Shown here piece after piece: positions 28,561 through 38,542 of a stretch of DNA of 64,000 nucleotides; position 1 is the stretch's first letter, and every line of letters begins with the position of its first letter. The notes under the pieces were generated by a model, which did no database searches, had not been told where the DNA came from, and worked only from the letters and a program-made list of their open reading frames with translations. The position numbers and the translations under genes are program-made. The DNA is from a virus (lineage: Duplodnaviria > Caudoviricetes). The stretch is taken from IMG/VR virus record IMGVR_UViG_3300033120_000574, positions 64,001 through 128,000 of that record; one strand, 5' to 3'.

Positions 28561-30903
28561 TTAGGCAGACTGTGTCGCTCTAGAAAGATAGATATCTGTT
28601 AGTTCAAAGTTGATTCCGGGCACTGGACATACGCCTACAGCTAGACGAACAATGTCGCCATCTGAGTACACACGCATGTTGTGATACGCCTTGACAAAAG
28701 CACCTGTTGCAGGGTCTGTAGAATCCACAATGATGGAATCTGTTCTGTACGTTTCCAACAAGGAGGATGCAGTATCCTTGATGCTCGCCACAGTTGCTGG
28801 TGTTGCCTTACGTCCAGTAAATTTACGGTCAATTTCTGTACGAAGTCCATAAGCTACATGACGGACTACATCACGTACACTGCCTTCAGTGTAGGCAAGA
28901 TTGTCATCGCGCACCCAAGTTGTGAGGTCACGTACCCAACGTGTTCCACGACCAGGAACAGTCTCTGCAAACAAGCAGCCTGCAGCGATCAAATCTCCAG
29001 AGTCGGTAACATCAGCTGGATCCCAAGAAGAGTCTTGAGCAATTGCACTTACACGAAGGTACTTATTAGTTAGGGGCTCTCCTACTTCAGCAACACCACA
29101 GCGCATACTTGCACCCATGACTGCAAACTCACGAGGTCCCTTGAGTACCAAGTCTCCGGATGCGGAAACTACGGTTGGGCTTTGTGAAACAAGTTGAATA
29201 TCAAAGTCATTCAAGCTGTTTGCAGCTGCAATGTAAGCAGCCTTGTTTCCACGGAACCCAAGCCATGCTCCACGCTCTAGACCAGCGCTGCCACGTGCAG
29301 CTATTACATGGTCCTTCAACTGTGCTGACACAGCAGCCCAGGTAGCAGTTGATCCATTGCCTTCATTAACCAAGTCTTGGTCAATCAAAGGAACTACTTC
29401 GTCAACTACCTGTAGCAACATGCTATCAAATCCTGCTTGAAAAGCAGAGTTTGAGGTGGTTCCACGTTCACCACCGTATAGTTGAAAAGTGTATGGAAGG
29501 GCATCACCAGTTGTTGCGGGGTAGTCCACTACGTTCGCGTCACTACCATCCAATACGTCTGTAGTTGCTCGTGTAGCAATCAAGTACTCGGATTCCAAGT
29601 TGATCCAACTTACAATCTCTTGCAAGTCCTGTCTAAACCCAGCGGTAGATACAGTACCAGTATAGCTACGTTGCAAATTAGTAGTTGTTCCGGTTCCAAA
29701 ATCAAACTGACTTGCAAGTGTCGTATCACTGTTAATGCGAGCAGGCACTGTTGCAACATAGTTTGGGTTAGTGTTGATCAATGCTGCCAACTGACGTAGT
29801 GTCATTGTTGACGTAATTGCAATGTTCAGGTCATCCCCAGTAACACCAGTGATTGTTGTTGCGAAAGCTGTAGCAACACCGGAAGTGCCAGTCATTGTGC
29901 CTGTAGCGTTGGTTACTGATCGCAGTTCTACAATGTCGCCAACAACAGGTACAGCACTGAGTGCTACTGAGAGCGTGACAGCATCAGTGGTATTAGAAGC
30001 TACTTTGCTAACTGCTTTCACATTTCCGGAAGAATCCTTCAGGATGAAAGTGTGGTTAACGTGAGCAGCTGCAATCAAGCTAGCCACAGTGACGTTAACA
30101 ACAGTGGTAGTAGATCCGGAAACAACAAGAGAGTTGTCAGCTAGTGTACCACCACGGTACAACACATGTAAGTAGTTTCTAAGTTGTCCACCAAGGCTTG
30201 GAGACAATTGTGACACGCCTTCAAAGCTTGAGTACACTTGGTACGCTTCAGTAGTTGGATCGTAGTCCACAGAAGCGTCGATTCCTGCTGTGTGCAAACC
30301 ATAGTCACGAGACTGTACAGTAAGCAAAGTGCTTCGGATCAACACAGGGTCAGCAGCTACTGGCGCTTGTGGAAGCGCAGCATGCAAAGTAATGGAAGAG
30401 GTTGTGTTAGCAACGATCCTACGAAGAAATGTAGGAGTACCTGGAGCAGCCAAGATTTGAATCTGTACCCAACGACCAATCATTGCACCAGCAACTAGTG
30501 TTGCTGCAACGTTAACCACAGTAGAAGTTGATCCAACTAAAGCAGTAGTTGAAAACAGGTTTGTTGTAAGGCTAGGAAGCTGAACGCTGCTTCGTGTGCT
30601 GGAATTTGTCTTATAGACAGCAACTTGTGCTGCACCACCAGGAACAATGGGATCTCCTGACGACTGGAAAGCAAGCTTAATAGCATCTACAAGGGGGCCA
30701 CTTTTGAACAAGTCAGTAGCACGACTTGGGTCACGAAGAAATACAAGCCCAGCAGATCCTGGTGCGCCACCATCTGCTTCTCCAACCAAGCCAAGAACAC
30801 CACCAGCGGAAACACCAACCTGGTTGAGTGCATCTGCGTTGACACGGGTGATTCCACCTGGACGGAATCTGGTAACTCCATTGAAAGTAACTGATCTAGT
30901 CAT
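28561..30903 (-). CDS. contractile tail sheath protein
   Basis: VTFNG....RPG...GEADGG.P, F.SG.L.DA, GEPLTNK, PGINF. Confidence 0.9.
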   Translation of the reverse strand: MTRSVTFNGVTRFRPGGITRVNADALNQVGVSAGGVLGLVGEADGGAPGSAGLVFLRDPSRATDLFKSGPLVDAIKLAFQSSGDPIVPGGAAQVAVYKTNSSTRSSVQLPSLTTNLFSTTALVGSTSTVVNVAATLVAGAMIGRWVQIQILAAPGTPTFLRRIVANTTSSITLHAALPQAPVAADPVLIRSTLLTVQSRDYGLHTAGIDASVDYDPTTEAYQVYSSFEGVSQLSPSLGGQLRNYLHVLYRGGTLADNSLVVSGSTTTVVNVTVASLIAAAHVNHTFILKDSSGNVKAVSKVASNTTDAVTLSVALSAVPVVGDIVELRSVTNATGTMTGTSGVATAFATTITGVTGDDLNIAITSTMTLRQLAALINTNPNYVATVPARINSDTTLASQFDFGTGTTTNLQRSYTGTVSTAGFRQDLQEIVSWINLESEYLIATRATTDVLDGSDANVVDYPATTGDALPYTFQLYGGERGTTSNSAFQAGFDSMLLQVVDEVVPLIDQDLVNEGNGSTATWAAVSAQLKDHVIAARGSAGLERGAWLGFRGNKAAYIAAANSLNDFDIQLVSQSPTVVSASGDLVLKGPREFAVMGASMRCGVAEVGEPLTNKYLRVSAIAQDSSWDPADVTDSGDLIAAGCLFAETVPGRGTRWVRDLTTWVRDDNLAYTEGSVRDVVRHVAYGLRTEIDRKFTGRKATPATVASIKDTASSLLETYRTDSIIVDSTDPATGAFVKAYHNMRVYSDGDIVRLAVGVCPVPGINFELTDIYLSRATQSA

Positions 30904-30916
30904 AGACTACTCCTGT

Positions 30917-31144
30917 TCAGTAATTCTGAATTTTGGAATCCCAGTTTTCCAAAGAAAACTTGCTTCCTGCCTCAGCACCCAAAAATGCACGAATGCCTTG
31001 TAGGTGCCGTTCTGGACGGTTTCTAATACGTGCCCACTGTTCAAAACTGTAAACCTTTGATGTATTGATTGAAATCAACGTCTTAACTCGTGGAGCTATG
31101 ACATCTGATTCAGATACTTCAAATTCTTCTGTTTTCTTTGCCAT
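30917..31144 (-). CDS. hypothetical protein
   Basis: 75 aa ORF between neck and sheath genes. Confidence 0.65.
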   Translation of the reverse strand: MAKKTEEFEVSESDVIAPRVKTLISINTSKVYSFEQWARIRNRPERHLQGIRAFLGAEAGSKFSLENWDSKIQNY

Positions 31145-31145
31145 G

Positions 31146-32192
31146 TTAAACTTCTAGGTCTGCTACGTCTATCCTAATTGGGTCAGTGGAGCAGCAACCA
31201 CTTGTTAGTGTAATTTGAATTCTCTTTATTGCTTCTTGTTCAAGAATGAAATCAAATGGGTAAGAGAATTGTAAGGTCATGGACCTAGTAAACACTTCAT
31301 CTGGAAGTAGTTCACTTCGAGGAGCTAAGTCAGTTCCAGAGATGCGAAGAGCCATTACTCCTTGTGCTTCTAAGAAGTCACGTTGTGCAAACAATATAGC
31401 TTTTAGAATACAATACAGGTAAATAACTTCTTCTTGAGATCCTGCCAAAACTTCCAATTGGTATTGAACTTCATAGTTAGCACCAATACGTCTTTGTGTT
31501 TTGTTGTTAACATCGTACTGTCTTGTGGGCTGCCCATAAGCTAGTTCTTTGTCTTCCGCAAGACGAATGTCTATGATGGAAGTTTCATTACAGTTTACTT
31601 CAAATATACCCTCTATGTCAAGGCGATCAGAGCAAATCGAGTCTATTATTTTAACCTGTCCGGCTCCTGCACCAGACACAACGTGGATTGCTAGGGGAGG
31701 CCAAGAAGAATTCTCAGAGAAGAACGCTTCAAGGACCTCTTGGTCCTCCTCTGTAAAACGAACAACAGAGTATGGGCGCACACCAGTGTCAACCATATTA
31801 ACTTGGGACAGTACATGAAGGTTACCTAAAACTAGCGCAGGCAATCCAGCTGTTGGACTTATAGTAGCCCCTCCGTTTCCACCCAAGGTGTCTATTGCCA
31901 TGTCTTGATCTGGCATTCCATAATTAGGATGCACACCCATTAAATCGCCAAGAAATTGATTCGACTCTGATTCGGTCTTCAACAGGAGAATAATTGCTGG
32001 AACTTTAACTTCAGTTTTAGGATAGTTGAGATTGAAATCTATGATCTTAGTCAACATGTACTGTTTGATCTGCTCTTGTTGCACTTCTGGCAGATTCTTG
32101 AACAGTAGGTTTATTATACGAGGATCCGAACGTATGCCTTGCATTCCGTTTATGATAGATCTTTGAAGTATGATTTCAGGTAAAACAGCCAT
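31146..32192 (-). CDS. tail completion / terminator-like neck protein
   Basis: NYP....VPAI.L.L..ESE....LGD; VFTRSMTL; position before the sheath. Confidence 0.65.
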   Translation of the reverse strand: MAVLPEIILQRSIINGMQGIRSDPRIINLLFKNLPEVQQEQIKQYMLTKIIDFNLNYPKTEVKVPAIILLLKTESESNQFLGDLMGVHPNYGMPDQDMAIDTLGGNGGATISPTAGLPALVLGNLHVLSQVNMVDTGVRPYSVVRFTEEDQEVLEAFFSENSSWPPLAIHVVSGAGAGQVKIIDSICSDRLDIEGIFEVNCNETSIIDIRLAEDKELAYGQPTRQYDVNNKTQRRIGANYEVQYQLEVLAGSQEEVIYLYCILKAILFAQRDFLEAQGVMALRISGTDLAPRSELLPDEVFTRSMTLQFSYPFDFILEQEAIKRIQITLTSGCCSTDPIRIDVADLEV

Positions 32193-32765
32193 TTAAAATG
32201 TGTCTTTCAAAAACGCAGCAATCTCACGAGGAAAAATGTTGTTTGTTAACTCATTGACAACTTCTTGTGCCAGGTTCACACCTTTCCAACCTGGATGAAT
32301 CCAAGAGCTAGCTGGTGATTTGTCTGTGACCATTCTGAACACCTTCGGCTTGGTCAAGTTGATTACATGGCCAGGATTCAGTGGAACAATACGATACTTG
32401 GTTATTGCACTTTTAGGTGGGAGAGCAGCAGCCAAAGCTCTAGGAATCTTTCTTTTCTTTGGTGGCCAGGAAAGAGCGTTCTTTAACAGTCCAGGCTTCA
32501 TATCAAAGCTTGGACCACCTGCTTCAACAGCCACAGCCAAAGGGTCATCCAACACCAAGTAAAAAGAAGAAGCATCTACGATAGCCATATCAATGCCCTT
32601 TACATAGGCATTCCTAGAAGCTCGAAGCTTCTTTCCAGCTAAAGCCTTCCAAAATGACTTACCAGCCAAAGCAAGTTTACGAGTCAGCTTTGGAAGCTTG
32701 ATATTAAATTGCTCATGAGCTTTAAGCAAAGCATCAGGTAATTGTACATCTATAGACACATTCAT
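32193..32765 (-). CDS. neck / tail completion protein
   Basis: E.G...FDMKPGLL...FR.V.DKS...SWIHPG. Confidence 0.65.
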   Translation of the reverse strand: MNVSIDVQLPDALLKAHEQFNIKLPKLTRKLALAGKSFWKALAGKKLRASRNAYVKGIDMAIVDASSFYLVLDDPLAVAVEAGGPSFDMKPGLLKNALSWPPKKRKIPRALAAALPPKSAITKYRIVPLNPGHVINLTKPKVFRMVTDKSPASSWIHPGWKGVNLAQEVVNELTNNIFPREIAAFLKDTF

Positions 32766-33547
32766 ATCTTCAACCTACCTGTCAAAGACAATTGCTCTGT
32801 TTGACGTTGTTGAGGGGTTGCTTTGTCTGTGGAGTTCAAGAAAGCCACATGCTTTTTACGTAAAACAACACGTTGTTTCAGGTCACGACCACGGTCAACA
32901 CGCTGAAGTGGGGAAGCGTAAACTATCCACTCAGGATAGTAATGATACTTAATTGTATAAAACACACCGTCTGCAGGCTTTCTGCCAAGCCAACGAACTA
33001 CGTTATCGTCTACTACAAAGTCTACACCAACATCATAAACAACGTTGTTTTGGTCTTCACACCAAACAACACAGCCATCACCAGCATACCAAAGTCTGTC
33101 TTCTGCTGCAGTCAGTGTTCCTGGTTTGAATGCCGCATAGCTTAGCTTGGCAGCATTGCGTTGAATAACTTGCCCTTCATGGAGCACATCAGTAATGCAC
33201 AAAGTAACTTTGTCCATGTCTTCTAAATTTGGAGAATCTAGAGCAGGGCTGAACACGCAATCGCCAGGGAATACCAGACCACCATCAATGAGTTGTCTCT
33301 GGCCAGAATTAACCTGTGTCAGCAAGCCAACAACCTGTTGTGCATTGCGGTATAAGAAACCATCCCCATGACAACTAGAACAGTTGAAATCACGAATGTT
33401 GGTAACCTCTGTAGGATTTCGTTCATTGAAAGCAGACGTTGGATCTCCTTTGCGACATGAAGCACATGCAATCGCAGTTTCCCAGATGACAGTGTCACCT
33501 CGGTCATGTACGAACTCATTGAGTAAATTGAAATCCCAGTCTATCAT
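32762..33547 (-). CDS. head closure (neck) protein
   Basis: V.WE.A..C.C ... C..C.GDGFLY; position in the neck module. Confidence 0.65.
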   Translation of the reverse strand: MIDWDFNLLNEFVHDRGDTVIWETAIACASCRKGDPTSAFNERNPTEVTNIRDFNCSSCHGDGFLYRNAQQVVGLLTQVNSGQRQLIDGGLVFPGDCVFSPALDSPNLEDMDKVTLCITDVLHEGQVIQRNAAKLSYAAFKPGTLTAAEDRLWYAGDGCVVWCEDQNNVVYDVGVDFVVDDNVVRWLGRKPADGVFYTIKYHYYPEWIVYASPLQRVDRGRDLKQRVVLRKKHVAFLNSTDKATPQQRQTEQLSLTGRLKI

Positions 33548-33553
33548 AACACC

Positions 33554-35380
33554 TCACACCACCGTTAACGTAGCCCCTCTATAGCGGCCTTTGTATTGAC
33601 GAAGATTGTCATCAATCCACTCTTTGAAAGCGGTTATGGTTCCTGTGTATGCTCCATACTTTTGCTGCGTTGTGTACGAAACACTTTGAGAAACACCATC
33701 ACGTCCCATAGACACTGATCCTACTCCTGGGCGAATAGCGTTACCAAGCATGATCAAAGCATCCATTGCAGCTTTCTTAGCAATGAGTTCCTGCAAGTCA
33801 CAAGGGCAGTCACGCAATCCAGCAATTACGTTAAAGTGCCAAAAGTTAGGTATTGCTGATGCACCAGCCCCTGAGTTCATCCACATTAGTCCTAAATAGT
33901 CAAAAGCCACGGACTGGTTGAAAGGAACCAGTTGTACAAGACCACCTTGTGTATAGTGTTGAATCCAATCTAGGTCGATATCAATAACGCGAGTGTTAGC
34001 AATAGCACCAAACAAGCTGTCCACTCTGATTAGCTGCTGAAACGGCATCTGTACGCTTACCCAGTTTCCTGTAGCGTTGGAGACAAAGTAAGTCAGCGGA
34101 CCGCTTATGAAATCATAGTCAGGATCTGTAAATATTGGGTTAGGAGAATTTATGCCGGAAGAAAATTGCAACGTTGTAGCGTCACGATCTGTGACTACAT
34201 TAGTAGGCTCTAAGTAAATTCCTAAAGCAACATTCTCTAACCATGACTCAGCTTGGCATAGATATTCCGCTAGTGCTGAATCGCTAAGTTCAGAGTTTTG
34301 AACTAACAGCTCTTCTGTGACATTCGTTGTTGGCAACGCAGAGAGCGATGTAACACGCACAACAATGTAATCTTGCCCCAATGTGGAGGTAAGAAGCTTA
34401 GGAGCACATCCACCGCCAATACCTTGAGACCCCTTACGTAGTATGAACGTACCTGGACGGTTAATAGTAACTAAAGGGCCACCACACCAGCTTAGCTGTC
34501 TAATTTCCACACCAGCTGGATTTGAAGCTGCATCCAGGTAAGTGTACGTAAGTGGACCAATACCTAAAGGATGGTTCCTTGATACCTCTACAACTAGTAC
34601 TCCAGTTACCGTTGCTGGTTGATACTTTACGAATCGAGTGTCACCAGCGTATCTGGGAATGCCAAACAAGAAGTCGTTCTTCAAACGCTGTACAGTGACT
34701 ATACGTACAGCAACGTCTGCTGACGCCCCTACGACCTCATCTCGTCCACCAGAGAAGAACGTGACACCTTCTGCAGTGTTCAAGGATTGGTTTGCCAAAC
34801 CAGTAAAGGAAGCAGCTAGGGTGTTTCCATAGTTAGCTTGTATTTGTGCAACTATTGCTTCACGTGTGTTCAAAGAAGACACAGGAACACCAGCACTAAC
34901 TGCAAGCGAGATAGTAACGTGTGTTCCTACAATCACAACAGACAGTGGACTGGTTCCACTAGGTAGCAAGACTTCAAAAGACCACAAGTTCTCATCAGTA
35001 CCAGTACCCAAAGTGAGCAAAGAGATAGGAGTAGAAGATGGAGTACCTACAATGCCAACAGCACCAGTGGCAAGGCTTCTAGCACGAACAAAGTACTTGC
35101 CATGTCTTACTAAGTTGATGTTGTCCTGATCTACAATGTTTTCTAGTTGAAATTGAGCAGTCTGCGATAGAGGACTGGTGGTTCCTGTAAAGTACACAAA
35201 AGAGGACGCCACAACAGCGTCACGTGACCTGCGTGCCTTAACGAGCTCCACAAGCACAGCTTCAGCTACATAGGGCTCCCCACCTGTAACTGAGATGGTA
35301 GCAGTTATGGTGTTGTTGAGCGATTCATACCTTGAGTATTCAGTGTTGTCCGTAAGAACGGATATCTGTGTTGGTTGCAT
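33554..35380 (-). CDS. head-tail adaptor (neck) protein with N-terminal extension
   Basis: C-terminal PGVGSVSMGRDGVSQS.S.T....YG motif. Confidence 0.7.
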   Translation of the reverse strand: MQPTQISVLTDNTEYSRYESLNNTITATISVTGGEPYVAEAVLVELVKARRSRDAVVASSFVYFTGTTSPLSQTAQFQLENIVDQDNINLVRHGKYFVRARSLATGAVGIVGTPSSTPISLLTLGTGTDENLWSFEVLLPSGTSPLSVVIVGTHVTISLAVSAGVPVSSLNTREAIVAQIQANYGNTLAASFTGLANQSLNTAEGVTFFSGGRDEVVGASADVAVRIVTVQRLKNDFLFGIPRYAGDTRFVKYQPATVTGVLVVEVSRNHPLGIGPLTYTYLDAASNPAGVEIRQLSWCGGPLVTINRPGTFILRKGSQGIGGGCAPKLLTSTLGQDYIVVRVTSLSALPTTNVTEELLVQNSELSDSALAEYLCQAESWLENVALGIYLEPTNVVTDRDATTLQFSSGINSPNPIFTDPDYDFISGPLTYFVSNATGNWVSVQMPFQQLIRVDSLFGAIANTRVIDIDLDWIQHYTQGGLVQLVPFNQSVAFDYLGLMWMNSGAGASAIPNFWHFNVIAGLRDCPCDLQELIAKKAAMDALIMLGNAIRPGVGSVSMGRDGVSQSVSYTTQQKYGAYTGTITAFKEWIDDNLRQYKGRYRGATLTVV

Positions 35381-35389
35381 CTAAACACC

Positions 35390-35998
35390 TCATGGAATGT
35401 CAAAAATGTTTGTAGCAGAGGCAGGGACCACGAACACACGCTTGTAATCTGCGTCAGGTATAGACACTTCGTATTGCGCACCTGTAATCAAATCTACAGT
35501 GAACAGTCCTGCAGAGTCAGTTGTGGTTGGTACAAATGAAGAAGTCAGTAAATAGCCAGGTGACATGATTGCGGGTTTAGCTAGTAGATGGAAGCTTATG
35601 CTTACACCCGCCTTTGGCTCTCCTACAGGGTCCAAGATTGTACCGAATACGGAGCTGGTATCTGGAACCGCGCTAGGTGTTGGAGCAGTTGCCAGTGTGG
35701 TAGCTGTCACAACCTCAGCATTAGCTAGTCGAGACAGTATAGACGCACCACTGAAGAACATGTAGATGGAACCTAGTGTATTCACATCTCCTATAGCCAA
35801 GGTCACTTCATACAAACCTGCTCCTAAGTTGGTAAAATTCAGAGCAGTCAAGGTAAAGGGAATGAATACACCCGAAGTCTTTTTCAAAGAACAGGATATG
35901 TCAGAAAAAGTTAGAGTGCTAGCTGGCGTAGAGTCTGTATTCTCTAGGTAAACCACTAGTCTAGATGCGGTATTTTGTAGGAATAAGGGTGTTGCCAT
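35390..35998 (-). CDS. virion protein with carboxypeptidase-regulatory-like beta-sandwich
   Basis: ATG at 35998 with a GAGG SD; V.G.I.DP.G.P..GV...TTDS.G.F...L..GA.Y. Confidence 0.6.
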   Translation of the reverse strand: MATPLFLQNTASRLVVYLENTDSTPASTLTFSDISCSLKKTSGVFIPFTLTALNFTNLGAGLYEVTLAIGDVNTLGSIYMFFSGASILSRLANAEVVTATTLATAPTPSAVPDTSSVFGTILDPVGEPKAGVSISFHLLAKPAIMSPGYLLTSSFVPTTTDSAGLFTVDLITGAQYEVSIPDADYKRVFVVPASATNIFDIP

Positions 35999-36010
35999 AT
36001 AGCCTCTTGA

Positions 36011-36059
36011 AAAAGTTAAAGCAGTATAGCATGCTGTTGTTAGCACCGCTATACTGCTT
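36011..36059 (-). terminator. probable intrinsic terminator
   Basis: AAGCAGTATAGC...GCTATACTGCTT stem followed by TAACTTTTT. Confidence 0.55.
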
Positions 36060-36080
36060 ACTTTATGAATAAGTACTAGT

Positions 36081-36410
36081 TCAGTACTTGTCTGAGTCGA
36101 CCATATCCACAAGCTTAATTACAGAGTTAGCCTTCTCGGAAGCACGCAATGGGATAGCAGGAGAACTCTTAACGCCAGTAACTCTGCGGTTGGTTCCAAC
36201 GTGTGGAGCAGGAGTACCACTTCCATCTACTCCGGTAGCAAGCATATTAGAAATAGCTTGAAATCCTTGAACTGGAGTAAGTGTTGTAGCCACAACTTCA
36301 TCTGAGATGCCCTTGAGTGCAAGCAATAGGGAGTTGTAAGAACGCTTAAGTGCGTCAAATTCAGCACTTGCTTGGTCACCAATAACTACGGTCGCTTTAA
36401 CTGTTGCCAT
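36081..36410 (-). CDS. hypothetical protein
   Basis: 109 aa ORF with a GAGG SD. Confidence 0.7.
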   Translation of the reverse strand: MATVKATVVIGDQASAEFDALKRSYNSLLLALKGISDEVVATTLTPVQGFQAISNMLATGVDGSGTPAPHVGTNRRVTGVKSSPAIPLRASEKANSVIKLVDMVDSDKY

Positions 36411-36416
36411 GTTTCC

Positions 36417-36989
36417 TCACTTCTTTTTCTTTGAACTCTTGGAGTTCTTTGGTTCTGGGATAGTGTACTCTTCATCGAGTACGACTACTTCTTCTGTTGA
36501 TTCGGAAAGCACTTCCACTTCATCAATGTTGCCTACAAAATCCTCTTCAGTAACCAAAAATGGTGTAAGCTCTTCAGCTACAGTTTCAGGTACAAAAGCA
36601 GGAGCAGATTCATTTACAATGAAATATCTTCCTGGCTTATTATTCATCTCTTGTGTAAACACTTCAAGAAGGTTAGCAGGAATTCTGGCATGTCCACTTG
36701 TGTCAAACGTAACTGTTTGATTGTTTGACAGCAAAATTGTTCTGTTTCGTGCGTAATTAGATTTAATCAGTATCTCAGCCATCGGACGTACCTTTACTCG
36801 TACTACTATTTTTTGTGCAATCTGGTTCAACCCAGTTCTAACTTCATCCATACGTTTTGTAGTTAGAACTTTTCCTTTTCGATTCTTCAACTCTTTTGAC
36901 TCAGTCAAAGAGCAGGAGCTACACACAATATCGTAGGATTTGTATGTTGCATTGTAAAGGTCTTTATTGCAAATTGTGCACTTTGTCAT
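36417..36989 (-). CDS. hypothetical protein with N-terminal CxxC pairs and an acidic/basic tail
   Basis: CTIC...CSSC; directly downstream of the capsid gene; start uncertain. Confidence 0.6.
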   Translation of the reverse strand: MTKCTICNKDLYNATYKSYDIVCSSCSLTESKELKNRKGKVLTTKRMDEVRTGLNQIAQKIVVRVKVRPMAEILIKSNYARNRTILLSNNQTVTFDTSGHARIPANLLEVFTQEMNNKPGRYFIVNESAPAFVPETVAEELTPFLVTEEDFVGNIDEVEVLSESTEEVVVLDEEYTIPEPKNSKSSKKKK

Positions 36990-37000
36990 AGTTGTAAGCC

Positions 37001-37046
37001 AAAAAGGGTGTACGTATCTTCTAGAGTGGAAGACTCGTACACCCTT
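37001..37046 (-). terminator. intrinsic terminator after the major capsid gene
   Basis: AAGGGTGTACG...CGTACACCCTT followed by TTT. Confidence 0.75.
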
Positions 37047-37063
37047 CTCAGTTAGAAACTAAC

Positions 37064-38515
37064 TCAGCGTAGGTTGAGTTGTCCAATGTTGATAAAGCGC
37101 ATCCACTTCTTTGGAGCAAAGAGGACTGGCGTACCGTACAACATGATCATCCAACGGTATGCTGGAGAGAGAACCGCAAGGTCCATCTTCATCAAAGGCA
37201 TCAACTGACGGAAGGTCAACACGTTTGGTGTCATCTCTCCAAGGTATGCGCTTGAGGTGAAAGGAAGTTGCAAATTCACATCGTTAAACACTGTTACGCC
37301 AGCTGCGTTTTGCGCTGCTGCAGGAACCTGTGCGATGAGAGCGTAAGATGCCAAGCTGGTTGGAACCACAGCAGAGGAGCTTGCCACTGAGCGGTAGATA
37401 CGGAAGAATTCTGGAGGGAATGCGCCGATTACAGCTGGGTTGGTGATGGTGAGTGGAAGGTAAGTTCCAGCATCCTTGTTAGCTTGTGAAAGAGCAGTTA
37501 CAGCGCCAGCGAATGCTACAGGAGCAGATTCACCAAAGCGGTTACATGCGGTTACCAAGTAAGCAAAGTTGCTTGTCCCTGCAGGAGCGCCCTTGTTGTG
37601 GTCTCCTGTGGTTCCGGTTGCAGCACCAGCTGCGATGGATGCAGGAGTTACTGGTGCAGATGCTGAGGTTGCAGCTGCAGGAGGAGTTGGGGTCTTCTGA
37701 ATGAAGACATCTGGATTGAACTCAATCACACCAGCTTGTGTTGCCATGGTCTGAAGAGTATTTCCAATCTGTCCATTCATTGGAGCAGGCATTTGAATGC
37801 GCTCACGTGGATAGAAAGTCTTAACAAGGTCACTCATTGTACGGGTACCAAGGAACATATCCGTTGGGAATCCGTAGTTTTCGATGATCATGTTTGCTGC
37901 TTCTTCGATATCAGCCTCTTGAAGTGTCTGTCCCTCAAGGTCGATAACGTTTGAAGAGTCAATCAAAGCATCAAGGCCATCCCATTGCTCAGATTCACCG
38001 TCGAACGCAAGAGAGCTATCTCCAACGAACATGTGACGTTCAACCTGTTGCAAGAGCCACATGATACCCGCTTGGTTTTCCAAAGCGATCAAGTCACCGT
38101 GCGCAGGATGCGTAAGGGTAGCCTGATGTGTGATCTCACGTGTAGTACCAAGGAACTTGATAAGTTGCATTCTACGAACGTAGCTTGAATCTGTTGCCTG
38201 TGGTAGCTCACCTTCCTGCACGAACGGAGACGCTTGTCCACCGTAGTCAGTAAGTTGGTTGTACTCTTCAACAGTGCTGTACGCTGGGCTCTTTGGCATC
38301 TTCTTCCAAAGCTTCACGTGACTGGAACTGTATGTTAGTACCTTCAAGCTAGCGTCAAGAGATTCAACACGAAGAGCAGAGCCTCCGGTCTTTCCAGCGC
38401 CAACTTGATAACCAGCTTCAAGAGCCTTGTTAAGTTCAGCTACGCTAGCTGAGCTTTCTACACCAAAGCCGGAACCGATGTTACCGTCTTGGAAACTTTT
38501 TAGTCCTACTGTCAT
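37064..38515 (-). CDS. major capsid protein (SPO1/Twort-like)
   Basis: ELNKAL.AG...GGSALRVESLD..LK.LT, STVEEY, F.GDS, C-terminal L.PLMK.DLA...YG...L..PKK. Confidence 0.93.
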   Translation of the reverse strand: MTVGLKSFQDGNIGSGFGVESSASVAELNKALEAGYQVGAGKTGGSALRVESLDASLKVLTYSSSHVKLWKKMPKSPAYSTVEEYNQLTDYGGQASPFVQEGELPQATDSSYVRRMQLIKFLGTTREITHQATLTHPAHGDLIALENQAGIMWLLQQVERHMFVGDSSLAFDGESEQWDGLDALIDSSNVIDLEGQTLQEADIEEAANMIIENYGFPTDMFLGTRTMSDLVKTFYPRERIQMPAPMNGQIGNTLQTMATQAGVIEFNPDVFIQKTPTPPAAATSASAPVTPASIAAGAATGTTGDHNKGAPAGTSNFAYLVTACNRFGESAPVAFAGAVTALSQANKDAGTYLPLTITNPAVIGAFPPEFFRIYRSVASSSAVVPTSLASYALIAQVPAAAQNAAGVTVFNDVNLQLPFTSSAYLGEMTPNVLTFRQLMPLMKMDLAVLSPAYRWMIMLYGTPVLFAPKKWMRFINIGQLNLR

Positions 38516-38542
38516 CTGTAACTCCTTCTTTACTTCATTTGA

